From Eledone cirrhosa (taxonomy: Eukaryota): DNA of 64,000 nucleotides. The translations under genes were made by a program, and so were the position numbers. Positions 15,901 to 32,500 of the stretch are shown piece by piece (positions within the stretch are counted from its first letter, which is position 1; every line of letters starts with the position of its first letter). Under the pieces are notes generated by a model. It ran no database searches, was not told where the DNA came from, and saw only the letters and a program-made list of their open reading frames with translations. The stretch covers positions 352,346,001-352,410,000 of the forward strand of contig OZ024742.1 of the NCBI GenBank assembly GCA_964016885.1, in the 5' to 3' direction.

Positions 15901-18900
15901 CACCATCAGCAACTGAAACACCATCACCACCATCAGCAACATAAACACCATCACCACCATCAGCAACAGAAACACCATCACCACCTTCAGCAACATAAAC
16001 ACCATCACCACCATCAGCAACAGAAACACAATCACCACCATCAGCAACATAAACACCATCACCACCTTCAGCAACAGAAACACCATCACCACCATCAGCA
16101 ACAGAAACACCATCACCATCGTCAGCAACAAAAACACCTTCACCACTATCAGCAACAGAAACACCATCACCACCTTCAGCAACAGAAACACAATCACCAC
16201 CACAGCAACACAAACACGATCACCACGTTCAGTAACACAACCACCATCACCACCTTCAGCAACAGAAACACCATCACCACATTCAGCAACAGAAAGACCA
16301 TCACCGCCATCAGCATAAGAAACACCTTCACCATCTTCAGCAACATAAACACCATCACCACCTTCAGCAACAGAAACTCCATCACCACCATCAGCAACAG
16401 AAACACCATCACCACCTTCAGCAACATAACGACCCTCACCACCTTCAGCAACAGAAACACCATCACCACCATCAGCAACATAACCACCATCACCACCTTC
16501 AGCAACAGAAACACCATCACCACCATCAGCAACAGAAACACCATCACCTCCATCAGCAACAGAAACACCATCACCACCTTCAGCAACAGAAACACCATCA
16601 CCACCTTCAGCAACATAAACACCATCACCGCCTACAGCAACAGCAACACCATCACCACCTTCAGCAACATAACCACCATCACCACCTTCAGCAACAGAAA
16701 CACCATCACCACCATCAGCAACATAAACACCATCACCACCATCAGCAACATAACCACCATCACCACCATCAGCAACAGAAACACCATCAACATCATCAGC
16801 AACACAAACACCATCACCACCTACAGCAACATAACCACCATCACCACCTTCATCAACAGTCACACCATCACCACCATCAGCAACACATACACCATCACCA
16901 CCATCAGGAACAGACACACCATCACCGCCATCAGCAACATAAACACCATCACCACCTTCAACAACACATACACCATCACCACCTTCAGCAACATAACCAC
17001 CTCAACACCTTCAGCAACAGAAACACCATCACCACCTTCAGCAACATAAACACCATCACCACCTTCAGCAACAGAAACACCATCACCACCATCAGCAAAA
17101 TAACCACCATCACCACCTTCAGCAACATAAACACCATCACCACCATCAGCAACATAACCACCATCACCACCTTCAGCAACATAACCACCATCACCAACAT
17201 CAGCAAGAGAAACACCATCACCACCTTCAGCAACAGAAACACCATCACCACCTTCAGCAACATAACCACCATCACCACCTACAAAAACATAACCACGATC
17301 ACCACCTTCAGCAACATAAACACCATCACCACCTTCAGCAAAATAAACACCATCACCGTATTCAGCAACAGAAAGACCATCACCACCATCAGCAACAGAA
17401 ACACCATCACCACATTCAGCAACAGAAACACCATCACCACCTACAGCAACAGAAACACCATCACCACCTACAGCAACATAATCACCGTCACCACCACCAG
17501 CAGCAGAAACACCATCACCACATTCAGCAACAGAAACACCATCACCACCTTCAGCAACATAAACACCATCACCACCTTCAGCAACAGAAAACCATCACCA
17601 CCTACAGCAACATAACCACCATCACCACCTTCAGCAACATAAACACCATCACCACCATCAGCAACAGAAACACCACCACCACCATCACTAACACATACAC
17701 CATCACCACCTTCAGCAACAGAATCACCATCACCATCATCAGCAACATAAGCACAATCACCACCATCAGCAACATAACCACCATCACCACCTTCAGCAAC
17801 ATAAACACCATTACCACCTTCAGCAACAGAAACACCATCACCACCATCAGCAACATAAGCACCATCACCACCATCAGCAACATAACCACCATCACCACCT
17901 TCAGCAACATAAACACCATCACCACCTTCAGCAACATAAACACCATCACCACCTTCAGCAACAGAAACACCATCACCACTTTCAGCAACAGAAACACCAT
18001 CACCACCATCAGCAACATAAACACCATCACCACCTACAGCAACATAACCACCATCACCACCTTCAGCAACATAAACACAATCACCACCTTCAACAACATA
18101 AACACCATCACCACCTTCAGCAACACAAACACCATCACCACATTCAGCAACAGAAAGACCAACACCACCATCAGCAACAGAAACACCATCACCACATTCA
18201 GCAACAGAAACACCATCACCACCTTCAGCAACATAAACACCATCACCACCTTCAGCAACAGAAACACCATAACCACCATCAGCAACATACCCACCATCAC
18301 CACCTTCAGCAACATAAACACCATCACCACCTTCAGCAACAGAAACACCATCACCACCTTCAGCAACAGAAACACCATCACAACCATCAGCAACATAAAC
18401 ACCATCACCACCTACAGCAACATAACCACCATCACCACCTTCAGCAACATAAACACCATCACCGCCTTCAGCAACATAAACACCATCACCACCTTCAGCA
18501 ACACAAACACCATCACCACCTTCAGCAACAGACATACCATCACCACCATCAGCAACAGAAACACCATCACCACATTCAGCAACAGAAACACCATCACCAC
18601 CTACAGCAACATAACCACCATCACCACCTTCAGCAACATAAGCACCATCACCACCATCAGCAACATAACCACCATCACCACCTTCAGCAACAAAAACGCC
18701 ATCACCATCATCAGCAACAGAAACACCATCACCACCTTCAGCAACACATACACCATCACCAACACCAGCAACAGAAACACCATCACCACCTTCAGCAACA
18801 GAAACACCATCACCATCTTCAGCAACAGAAACACCATCACCATCATCAGCAACAGAAACACCATCACCACCTACAGCAACATAACCACCATCACCACCAC

Positions 18901-20050
18901 CAGCAACATAAACACCATCACCAACTTCAGCAACAGAAACACCATCACCACCTTCAGCAACATAAACACCATCACCATCATCAGCAACAGAAACACCATC
19001 ACCACCTTCAGCAACAGAAACACCATCACCACCTTTAGCAACAGAAACACCATCATCACCATCAGCAACATAAACACCATCACCACCTTCAGCAACAGAA
19101 ACACCATCACCAACACCAGCAACATAAACACCATCACCACCTTCAGCAACAGAAACACCATCACCAACTTCAGCAACATAAACACCATCACCACCTTCAG
19201 CAACATAAACACCATCACCACCTTCAGCAACAGAAACTCCATCACCACCATCAGCAACAGAAACACCATCACCACCTTCAGCAACATAACGACCCTCACC
19301 ACCTTCAGCAACATAACCACCATCACCACCTTCAGCAACAGAAACACCATCACCACCATCAGCAACAGAAACACCATCACCACCATCAGCAACAGAAACA
19401 CCATCACCACCTTCAGCAACATAAACACCATCACCACCTTCAGCAACTGAAACTCCATCACCACCATCAGCAACAGAAACACCATCACCACCTTCAGCAA
19501 CATAACGACCCTCACCACCTTCAGCAACATAAACACCATCACCACCATCAGCAACATAAACACCATCACCACCATCAGCAACATAACCACCATCACCACC
19601 ATCAGCAACAGAAACACCATCAACATCATCAGCAACACAAACACCATCACCACCTACAGCAACATAACCACCATCACCACCTTCATCAACAGTCACACCA
19701 TCACCACCATCAGCAACACATGCACCATCACCACCATCAGCAACAGACACACCATCACCGCCATCAGCAACATAAACACCATCACCACCTTCAACAACAC
19801 ATACACCATCACCACCTTCAGCAACATATCCACCTCAACACCTTCAGCAACAGAAACACCATCACCACCTTCAGCAACAGAAACACCATCACCACCTTCA
19901 GCAACAGAAACACCATCCCCACCATCAGCAAAATAACCACCATCACCACCTTCAGCAACATAAACACCATCACCACCATCAGCAACATAACCACCATCAC
20001 AATCATCAGCAACATAACCACCATCACCAACATCAGCAAGAGAAACACCA
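7000..20050. repeat. Higher-order duplication in the satellite, offset ~6.61 kb (boundaries approximate)
   Basis: Matching peptides at 7000/13611, 8404/15015, 9583/16194 (offset 6611) and 10859/17468 (offset 6609). Confidence 0.85.
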
Positions 20051-23000
20051 TCACCACCTACAGCAACAGAAACACCATCACCACCTTCAGCAACATAACC
20101 ACCATCACCACCTACAGCAACATAACCACCATCACCACCTTCAGCAACATAAACACCATCACCACCTTCAGCAACATAAACACCATCACCACCTACAGCA
20201 ACAGGAACACCATCACCACCATCAGCAACACATACACCATCACCAACTTCAGCAACATAAACACCATCACTGCATTCAACAACAGAAAGACCATCACCAC
20301 CATCAGCAACAGAAACACCATCACCACATTCAGCAACAGAAACACCATCACCACCTACAGCAACAGAAACACCATCACCACCTACAGCAACATAATCACC
20401 GTCACCACCACCAGCAACAGAAACACCATCACCACATTCAGCAACAGAAACACCATCACCACCTTCAGCAACATAAACACCATCACCACCTTCAGCAACA
20501 GAAAACCATCACCACCTACAGCAACATAACCACCATCACCACCTTCAGCAACATAAACACCATCACCACCATCAGCAACAGAAACACCACCACCACCATC
20601 ACTAACACATACACCATCACCACATTCAGCAACAGAATCACCATCACCATCATCAGCAACATAAGAACAATCACCACCATCAGCAACATAACCACCATCA
20701 CCACCTTCAGCAACATAAACACCATTACCACCTTCAGCAACAGAAACACCATCACCACCATCAGCAACATAAGCACCATAACCACCATCAGCAACATAAC
20801 CACCATCACCACCTTCAGCAACATAAACACCATCACCACCTTCAGCAACATAAACACCATCACCACCTTCAGCAACAGAAACACCATCACCACCTTCAGC
20901 AACAGAAACACCATCACCACCATCAGCCACATAAACACCATCACCACCTACAGCAACATAACCACCATCACCACCTTCAGCAACATAAACACAATCACCA
21001 CCTTCAGCAACATAAACACCATCACCACCTTCAGCAACACAAACACCATCACCACATTCAGCAACAGAAAGACCAACACCACCATCAGCAACAGAAACAC
21101 CATCACCACATTCAGCAACAGAAACACCATCACCACCTTCAGCAACATAAACACCATCACCACCTTCAGCAACAGAAACACCATAACCACCATCAGCAAC
21201 ATACCCACGATCACCACCTTCAGCAACATAAACACCAACACCACCTTCAGCAACAGAAACACCATCACCACCTTCAGCAACAGAAACACCATCACAACCA
21301 TCAGCAACATAAACACCATCACCACCTACAGCAACATAACCACCATCACCACCTTTAGCAACATAAACACCATCACCGCCTTCAGCAACATAAACACCAT
21401 CACCACCTTCAGCAACACAAACACCATCACCACCTTCAGCAACAGACAGACCATCACCAACATCAGCAACAGAAACACCATCACCACCTTCAGCAACAGA
21501 AACACCATCACCACCTACAGCAACATAACCACCATCACCACCTTCAGCAACATAAGCACCATCACCACCATCAGCAACATAACCACCATCACCACCTTCA
21601 GCAACAAATACGCCATCACCATCATCAGCAACAGAAACACCATCACCACCTTCAGCAACACATACACCATCACCAACACCAGCAACAGAAACACCATCAC
21701 CACCTTCAGCAACAGAAACACCATCACCACCTTCAGCAACAGAAACACCATCACCATCATCAGCAACTGAAACACCATCACCACCTACAGCAACATAACC
21801 ACCATCACCACCACCAGCAACATAAACACCATCACCAACTTCAGCAACAGACACACCATCACCACCTTCAGCAACAGAAACACCATCACCATCATCAGCA
21901 ACAGAAACACCATCACCACCTTCAGCAACAGAAACACCATCACCACCTTTAGCAACAGAAACACCATCACCACCATCAGCAACATAAACACCATCACCAC
22001 CTTCAGCAACAGAAACACCATCACCATCTTCAGCAACAGAAACACCATCACCATCATCAGCAACAGAAACACCATCACCACCTACAGCAACATAACCACC
22101 ATCACCACCACCAGCAACATAAACACCATCACCAACTTCAGCAACAGAAACACCATCACCACCTTCAGCAACATAAACACCATCACCATCATCAGCAACA
22201 GAAACACCATCACCACCTTCAGCAACAGAAACACCATCACCACCTTTAGCAACAGAAACACCATCATCACCATCAGCAACATAAACACCATCACCACCTT
22301 CAGCAACAGAAACACCATCACCAACTTCAGCAACATAAACACCATCACCACCTTCAGCAACAGAAACACCATCACCAACTTCAGCAACATAAACACCATC
22401 ACCACCTTCAGCAACATAAACACCATCACCACCTTCAGCAACAGAAACTCCATCACCACCATCAGCAACAGAAACACCATCACCACCTTCAGCAACATAA
22501 CGACCCTCACCACCTTCAGCAACATAACCACCATCACCACCTTCAGCAACAGAAACACCATCACCACCATCAGCAACAGAAACATCATCACCACCATCAG
22601 CAACAGAAACACCATCACCACCTTCAGCAACATAAACACCATCACCACCTTCAGCAACTGAAACTCCATCACCACCATCAGCAACAGAAACACCATCACC
22701 ACCTTCAGCAACATAACGACCCTCACCACCTTCAGCAACAGAAACACCATCACCACCATCAGCAACATAAACACCATCACCACCATCAGCAACATAACCA
22801 CCATCACCACCATCAGCAACAGAAACACCATCAACATCATCAGCAACACAAACACCATCACCACCTACAGCAACATAACCACCATCACCACCTTCATCAA
22901 CAGTCACACCATCACCACCATCAGCAACACATGCACCATCACCACCATCAGCAACAGACACACCATCACCGCCATCAGCAACATAAACACCATCACCACC

Positions 23001-25290
23001 TTCAACAACACATACACCATCACCACCTTCAGCAACATATCCACCTCAACACCTTCAGCAACAGAAACACCATCACCACCTTCAGCAACAGAAACACCAT
23101 CACCACCTTCAGCAACAGAAACACCATCCCCACCATCAGCAAAATAACCACCATCACCACCTTCAGCAACATAAACACCATCACCACCATCAGCAACATA
23201 ACCACCATCACAATCATCAGCAACATAACCACCATCACCAACATCAGCAAGAGAAACACCATCACCACCTACAGCAACAGAAACACCATCACCACCTTCA
23301 GCAACATAACCACCATCACCACCTACAGCAACATAACCACCATCACCACCTTCAGCAACATAAACACCATCACCACCTTCAGCAACATAAACACCATCAC
23401 CACCTACAGCAACAGGAACACCATCACCACCATCAGCAACACATACACCATCACCACCTTCAGCAACATAAACACCATCACTGCATTCAGCAACAGAAAG
23501 ACCATCACCACCATCAGCAACAGAAACACCATCACCACATTCAGCAACAGAAACACCATCACCACCTACAGCAACAGAAACACCATCACCACCTACAGCA
23601 ACATAATCACCGTCACCACCAGCAGCAACAGAAACACCATCACCACATTCAGCAACAGAAACACCATCACCACCTTCAGCAACATAAACACCATCACCAC
23701 CTTCAGCAACAGAAAACCATCACCACCTACAGCAACATAACCACCATCACCACCTTCAGCAACATAAACACCATCACCACCATCAGCAACAGAAACACCA
23801 CCACCACCATCACTAACACATACACCATCACCACCTTCAGCAACAGAATCACCATCACCATCATCAGCAACATAAGAACAATCACCACCATCAGCAACAT
23901 AACCACCATCACCACCTTCAGCAACATAAACACCATTACCACCTTCAGCAACAGAAACACCATCACCACCATCAGCAACATAAGCACCATAACCACCATC
24001 AGCAACATAACCACCATCACCACCTTCAGCAACATAAACACCATCACCACCTTCAGCAACATAAACACCATCACCACCTTCAGCAACAGAAACACCATCA
24101 CCACCTTCAGCAACAGAAACACCATCACCACCATCAGCCACATAAACACCATCACCACCTACAGCAACATAACCACCATCACCACCTTCAGCAACATAAA
24201 CACAATCACCACCTTCAGCAACATAAACACCATCACCACCTTCAGCAACACAAACACCATCACCACATTCAGCAACAGAAAGACCAACACCACCATCAGC
24301 AACAGAAACACCATCACCACATTCAGCAACAGAAACACCATCACCACCTTCAGCAACATAAACACCATCACCACCTTCAGCAACAGAAACACCATAACCA
24401 CCATCAGCAACATACCCACCATCACCACCTTCAGCAACATAAACACCAACACCACCTTCAGCAACAGAAACACCATCACCACCTTCAGCAACAGAAACAC
24501 CATCACAACCATCAGCAACATAAACACCATCACCACCTACAGCAACATAACCACCATCACCACCTTCAGCAACATAAACACCATCACCGCCTTCAGCAAC
24601 ATAAACACCATCACCACCTTCAGCAACACAAACACCATCACCACCTTCAGCAACAGACAGACCATCACCAACATCAGCAACAGAAACACCATCACCACCT
24701 TCAGCAACAGAAACACCATCACCACCTACAGCAACATAACCACCATCACCACCTTCAGCAACATAAGCACCATCACCACCATCAGCAACATAACCACCAT
24801 CACCACCTTCAGCAACAAATACGCCATCACCATCATCAGCAACAGAAACACCATCACCACCTTCAGCAACACATACACCATCACCAACACCAGCAACAGA
24901 AACACCATCACCACCTTCAGCAACAGAAACACCATCACCACCTTCAGCAACAGAAACACCATCACCATCATCAGCAACTGAAACACCATCACCACCTACA
25001 GCAACATAACCACCATCACCACCACCAGCAACATAAACACCATCACCAACTTCAGCAACAGAAACACCATCACCACCTTCAGCAACAGAAACACCATCAC
25101 CATCATCAGCAACAGAAACACCATCACCACCTTCAGCAACAGAAACACCATCACCACCTTTAGCAACAGAAACACCATCACCACCATCAGCAACATAAAC
25201 ACCATCACCACCTTCAGCAACAGAAACACCATCACCAACTTCAGCAACATAAACACCATCACCACCTTCAGCAACAGAAACACCATCACC
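18870..25290. repeat. Higher-order tandem duplication in the satellite, offset 3211 bp
   Basis: Matching peptides at 18871/22082, 19720/22931, 20516/23727 and 21515/24726. Confidence 0.85.
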
Positions 25291-28200
25291 ACCATCAGCA
25301 ACAGAAACACCATCATCACCATCAGCAACATAAACACCATCACCACCTTCAGCAACAGAAACTCCATCACCACCATCAGCAACAGAAACACCATCACCAC
25401 CTTCAGCAACATAACGACCCTCACCACCTTCAGCAACAGAAACACCATCACCACCATTAGCAACATAACCACCATCACCACCTTCAGCAACAGAAACACC
25501 ATCACCACCATCAGCAACAGAAACACCATCACCACCATCAGCAACAGAAACACCATCACCACTTTCAGCAACAGAAACACCATCACCACCATCAGCAACA
25601 TAAACACCATCACCACCATCAGCAACATAACCACCATCACCACCTTCAGCAACAGAAACACCATCACCACCTTCAGCAACAGAAACACCATCACCACCTT
25701 CAGCAACAGAAACACCATCACCACCTTCAGCAACATAACCACCATCACCACCATCAGCAACATAAACACCATCACCATCTTCAGCAATATAAACACCATC
25801 ACCACCTTCAGCAACACAAACACCATCACCACATTCAGCAACAGACAGACCATCACCACCATCAGCAACAGAAACACCATCACCACATTCAGCAACAGTA
25901 ACACCATCACCACCAGCAGCAACATAACCACCATCACCACCTACAGCAACATAACCGCCATCACCACCTTCAGCAACATAAACACCATCACCACCTTCAG
26001 CAACATAACCACCATCACCACCTTCAGCAACTTAATGACCATCACCACCTACAGCAACATAACCACAATCACCAACTTCAGCAACAGAAACACCATCACC
26101 ACCTTCAGCAACATAACCACCATCACCACCTTCCGCAACAGAAACACCATCACCACGTTCAGCAACAGAAACACCATCACCACCATCAGCACCATAACCA
26201 CCATCACCACCAGCAGCAACATAACCACCATCACCACCTTCAGCAACATAACCACCATCACCACCTTCAGCAACATAACCACCATCACCACCTTCAGCAA
26301 CAGAAACACCATCACCACCTTCAGCAACAGAAACACCATCACTACCTTCAGCAGTAGAAACACCATCACCACCTTCAGCAACAGAAACACCATCACCACC
26401 TTCAGCAACATAAACACCATCACAACCATCAGCAACATAAACACCATCACCACCTACAGCAACATAAACGCCATCACCATCATCAGCAACAGAAACACCA
26501 TCACCACCTTCAGCAACACATACACCATCACCAACACCAGCAACAGAAACACCATCACCACCTTCAGCAACAGAAACACCATCACCACCTTCAGCAACAG
26601 AAACACCATCACCAACATCAGCAACAGAAACACCATCACCACCTACAGCAACATAACCACCATCACCACCACCAGCAACATAAACACCATCACCACCTTC
26701 AGCAACAGAAACACCATCACCACCTTCAGCAACAGAAACACCATCACCATCATCGGGCAACAGAAACACCATCACCACCTTCAGCAACAGAAACACCATC
26801 ACCACCATCAGCAACAGAAACACCATCACCACCATCAGCAACAGAAACACCATCACCACCTTCAGCAACAGAAACACCATCACCACCTTCAGCAACATAA
26901 ACACCATCACCGCCTACAGCAACAGAAACACCATCACCACCTTCAGCAACATAACCACCATCACCACTTTCAGCAACAGAAACACCATCACCACCATCAG
27001 CAACATAAACACCACCACCACCATCAGCAACATAACCACCATCACCACCTTCAGCAACAGAAACACCATCACCACCTTCAGCAAAAGAAACACCATCACC
27101 ACCTTCAGCAACAGAAACACCATCACCATCATCAGCAACATAAACACCATCACCATCTTCAGCAACATAAACACCATCACCACCTTCAGCAACACAAACA
27201 CTATCACCACATTCAGCAACAGACAAACCATCACCACCATCAGCAACAGAAACACCATCACCACGTTCAGCAACAGAAACACCATCACCACCAGCAGCAA
27301 CATAACCACCATCACCACCTACACCAACATAACCGCCATCACCACCTTCAGCAACATAAACACCATCACCACCTTCAGCAACATAACCACCATCACCACC
27401 TTCAGCAACTTAATCACCATCACCACCATCACCAACTTCAGCAACAGACAACACCATCACCACCTTCAGCAACATAACCACCATCACCACCTTCAGCAAC
27501 AGAAACACCATCACCACCTTCAGCAACAGAAACACCATCACCACCATCAGCAACATAACCACCATCACCACCAGCAGCAACATAACCACCATCACCACCT
27601 TCAGCAACATAACCACCATCACCACCATCAGCAACATAACCACCATCACCACCTTCAGCAACAGAAACATCATCACCACCATCAGCAACCGAAACAGCAT
27701 CACCACCATCAGCAACAGAAACACCATCACCACCATCAGCAACATAAACACCATCACCACCTTCAGCAACAGAAACACCATCACCACCATCAGCAACATA
27801 AACACCATCACCACCTTCAGCAACAGAAACACCATCACCACCATCAGCAACAGAAACACCATCACCACCATCAGCAACATAAACACCATCACCACCTTCA
27901 GCAACAGAAACTCCATCACCACCATCAGCAACAGAAACACCATCACCACCTTCAGCAACATAACGACCCTCACCACCTTCAGCAACAGAAACACCATCAC
28001 CACCATCAGCAACATAACCACCATCACCACCTTCAGCAACAGAAACACCATCACCACCATCAGCAACAGAAACACCATCACCTCCATCAGCAACAGAAAC
28101 ACCATCACCACCTTCAGCAACAGAAACACCATCACCACCTTCAGCAACAGAAACACCATCACCACCTTCAGCAACATAAACACCATCACCGCCTATAGCA

Positions 28201-29599
28201 ACAGAAACACCATCACCACCTTCAGCAACATAAACACCATCACCACCATCACCACCATCAGCAACAGAAACACCATCAACACCTTCGGCAACACAAACAC
28301 CATCACCACCTTCAGCAACATAACCACCATCACCACCTTCATCAACAGCCACACCATCACCACCATCAGCAACACATACACCATCACCACCATCAGCAAC
28401 AGACACACCATCACCACCATCAGTAACATAAACACCATCACCACCTTCAACAACACATACACCATCACCACCTTCAGCAACATAACCACCTCAACACCTT
28501 CAGCAACAGAAACACCATCACCACCATCACCAACAGAAACACCATCACCACCTTCAGCAACAGAAACACCATCACCACCTTCAGCAACAGAAACACCTTC
28601 ACCATCATCAGCAACAGAAACACCATCACCACCGCCAGCCACAGAAACACCATCACTACCTTCAGCAACATTAACACCATCACCACCATCAGCAACAGAA
28701 ACACCATCACCACCATCAGCAACAGAAACACCATCACCATCATCAGCAACAGAAACACCATCACCACCTTCAGCAACACATACACCATCACCACCATCAG
28801 CAAAAGAAACACCATCACCATCTTCAGCAACATTAACACCATCACCACCATCAGCAACTGAAACACCATCACCACCATCAGCAACATAAACACCATCACC
28901 ACCATCAGCAACAGAATCACCATCACCACCTTCAGCAACAGAAACACCATCACCACCATCAGCAACAGAAACACCATCATCACCATCAGCAACATAAACA
29001 CCATCACCACCTTCAGCAACAGAAACTCCATCACCACCATCAGCAACAGAAACACCATCACCACCTTCAGCAACATAACGACCCTCACCACCTTCAGCAA
29101 CAGAAACACCATCACCACCATTAGCAACATAACCACCATCACCACCATCAGCAACAGAAACACCATCACCACCTACAGCAACAGAAACACCATCACCACC
29201 ATCAGCAACAGAAACACCATCACCACCTTCAGCAACAGAAACACCATCACCACCTTCAGCAACAGAAACACCATCACCACCTTCAGCAACATTAACACCA
29301 TCACCGCCTACAGCAACAGAAACACCATCACCAACTTCAGCAACATAACCACCATCACCACTTTCAGCAACAGAAACACCATCACCACCATCAGCAACAT
29401 AAACACCATCACCACCATCAGCAACATAACCATCATCACCACCTTCAGCAACAGAAACACCATCACCACATTCAGCAACAGAAACACCATCACCACCTTC
29501 AGCAACAGAAACACCATCACCACCATCAGCAACATAAACACCATCACCATCTTCAGCAACATAAACACCATCACCACCTTCAGCAACACAAACACCATC

Positions 29600-32500
29600 A
29601 CCACATTCAGCAACAGACAAACCATCACCACATCCAGCAACAGAAACACCATCACCACCAGCAGCAACATAACCACCATCACCACCTACAGCAACATAAC
29701 CGCCATCACCACCTCCAGCAACATAAACACCATCACCACCTTCAGCAACATAAACACCATCACCGCCTACAGCAACAGAAACACCATCACCACCTTCAGC
29801 AACATAACCACCATCACCACCTTCAGCAACAGAAACACCATCACCACCATCAGCAACATAAACACCATCACCACCATCAGCAACATAACCACCATCACCA
29901 CCATCAGCAACAGAAACACCATCAACACCTTCGGCAACACAAACACCATCACCACCTACAGCAACATAACCACCATCACCACCTTCATCAACAGTCACAC
30001 CATCACCACCATCAGCAACACATACACCATCACCACCATCATCAACAGACACACCATCACCACCATCAGCAACATAAACACCATCACCACCTTCAACAAC
30101 ACATACACCATCACCACCTTCAGCAACATAACCACTTCAATACATTCAGCAACAGAAACACCATCACCACCATCACCAACAGAAACACCATCACCACCTT
30201 CAGCAACAGAAAGACCATCACCACCTTCAGCAACATTAACACCATCACCGCCTACAGTAACAGAAACACCATCACCAACTTCAGCAACATAACCACCATC
30301 ACCACTTTCAGCAACAGAAACACCATCACCACCATCAGCAACATAAACACCATCACCACCATCAGCAACATAACCATCATCACCACCTTCAGCAACAGAA
30401 ACACCATCACCACATTCAGCAACAGAAACACCATCACCACCTTCAGCAACAGAAACACCATCACCACCATCAGCAACATAAACACCATCACCACCTTCAG
30501 CAACACAAACACCATCACCACATTCAGCAACAGACAGACCATCACCACCATCAGCAACAGAAACACCATCACCACATTCAGCAACAGAAACACCATCACC
30601 ACCAGCAGCAACATAACCACCATCACCACCTACAGCAACATAACCGCCATCACCACCTTCAGCAACATAAACACCATCACCACCTTCAGCAACATAAACA
30701 CCATCACCGCCTACAGCAACAGAAACACCATCACCACCTTCAGCAACGTAACCACCATCACCACCTTCAGCAACAGAAACACCATCACCACCATCAGCAA
30801 CATAAACACCATCACCACCATCAGCAACATAACCACCATCACCACCATCAGCAACAGAAACACCATCAACACCTTCGGCAACACAAACACCATCACCACC
30901 TACAGCAACATAACCACCATCACCACCTTCATCAACAGTCACACCATCACCACCATCAGCAACACATACACCATCACCACCATCAGCAACATACACACCA
31001 TCACCACCATCAGCAACATAAACACCATCACCACCTTCAACAACACATACACCATCACCACCTTCAGCAACATAACCACCTCAATACCTTCAGCAACAGA
31101 AACACCATCACCTCCATCACCAACAGAAACACCATCACCACCTTCAACAACAGAAACACCATCACCACCTTCAGCAACAGAAACACCTTCACCATCATCA
31201 GCAACAGAAACACCATCACCACCTTCAGCAACAGAAACACCATCACCACCTTCAGCAACAGAAACACCATCAACACCGCCAGCCACAGAAACACTATCAC
31301 CACCTTCAGCAACATAAACACAATCACCACCTTCAGCAACATTAACACCATCACCACCATCACCACCATCAGCAACAGAATCACCATCACCATCATCAGC
31401 AACAGAAACACCATCACCACCTTCAGCAACACATACACCATCACCACCATCAGCAACATTAACACCATCACCACCATCAGCAACTGAAACACCATCACCA
31501 CCATCAGCAACATAAACACCATCACCACCATCAGCAAGAGAATCACCATCACCACCTTCAGCAACAGAAACACCATCACCACCATCAGCAACAGAAACAC
31601 CATCATCACCATCAGCAACATAAACACCATCACCACCTTCAGCAACAGAAACTCCATCACCACCATCAGCAACAGAAACACCATCACCACCTTCAGCAAC
31701 ATAACGACCCTCACCACCTTCAGCAACAGAAACACCATCACCACCATTAGCAACATAACCACCATCACCACCTTCAGCAACAGAAACACCATCACCACCA
31801 TCAGCAACAGAAACACCATCACCACCATCAGCAACAGAAACACCATCACCACCTTCAGCAACAGAAACACCATCACCACCTTCAGCAACAGAAACACCAT
31901 CACCACCTTCAGCAACATAAACACCATCACCGCCTACAGCAACAGAAACACCATCACCACCTTCAGCAACATAACCACCATCACCACTTTCAGCAACAGA
32001 AACACCATCACCACCATCAGCAACAGAAACACCATCACCACCTTCAGCAACAGAAACACCATCACCACCTTCAGCAACAGAAACACCATCACCACCATCA
32101 GCAACATAAACACCATCACCATCTTCAGCAACATAAACACCATCACCACCTTCAGCAACACAAACACCATCACCACATTCAGCAACAGACAGACCATCAC
32201 CACCATCAGCAACAGAAACACCATCACCACATTCAGCAACATAAACACCATCACCACCATCAGCAACAGAAACACCATCACCACATTCAGCAACAGAAAC
32301 ACCATCACCACCAGCAGCAACATAACCACCATCACCACCTACAGCAACATAACCGCCATCACCACCTTCAGCAACATAAACACCATCACCACCTTCAGCA
32401 ACATAACCACCATCACCACCTTCAGCAACTTAATCACCATCACCACCTACAGCAACATAAACACCATCACCATCTTCAGCAACATAAACACCATCACCAC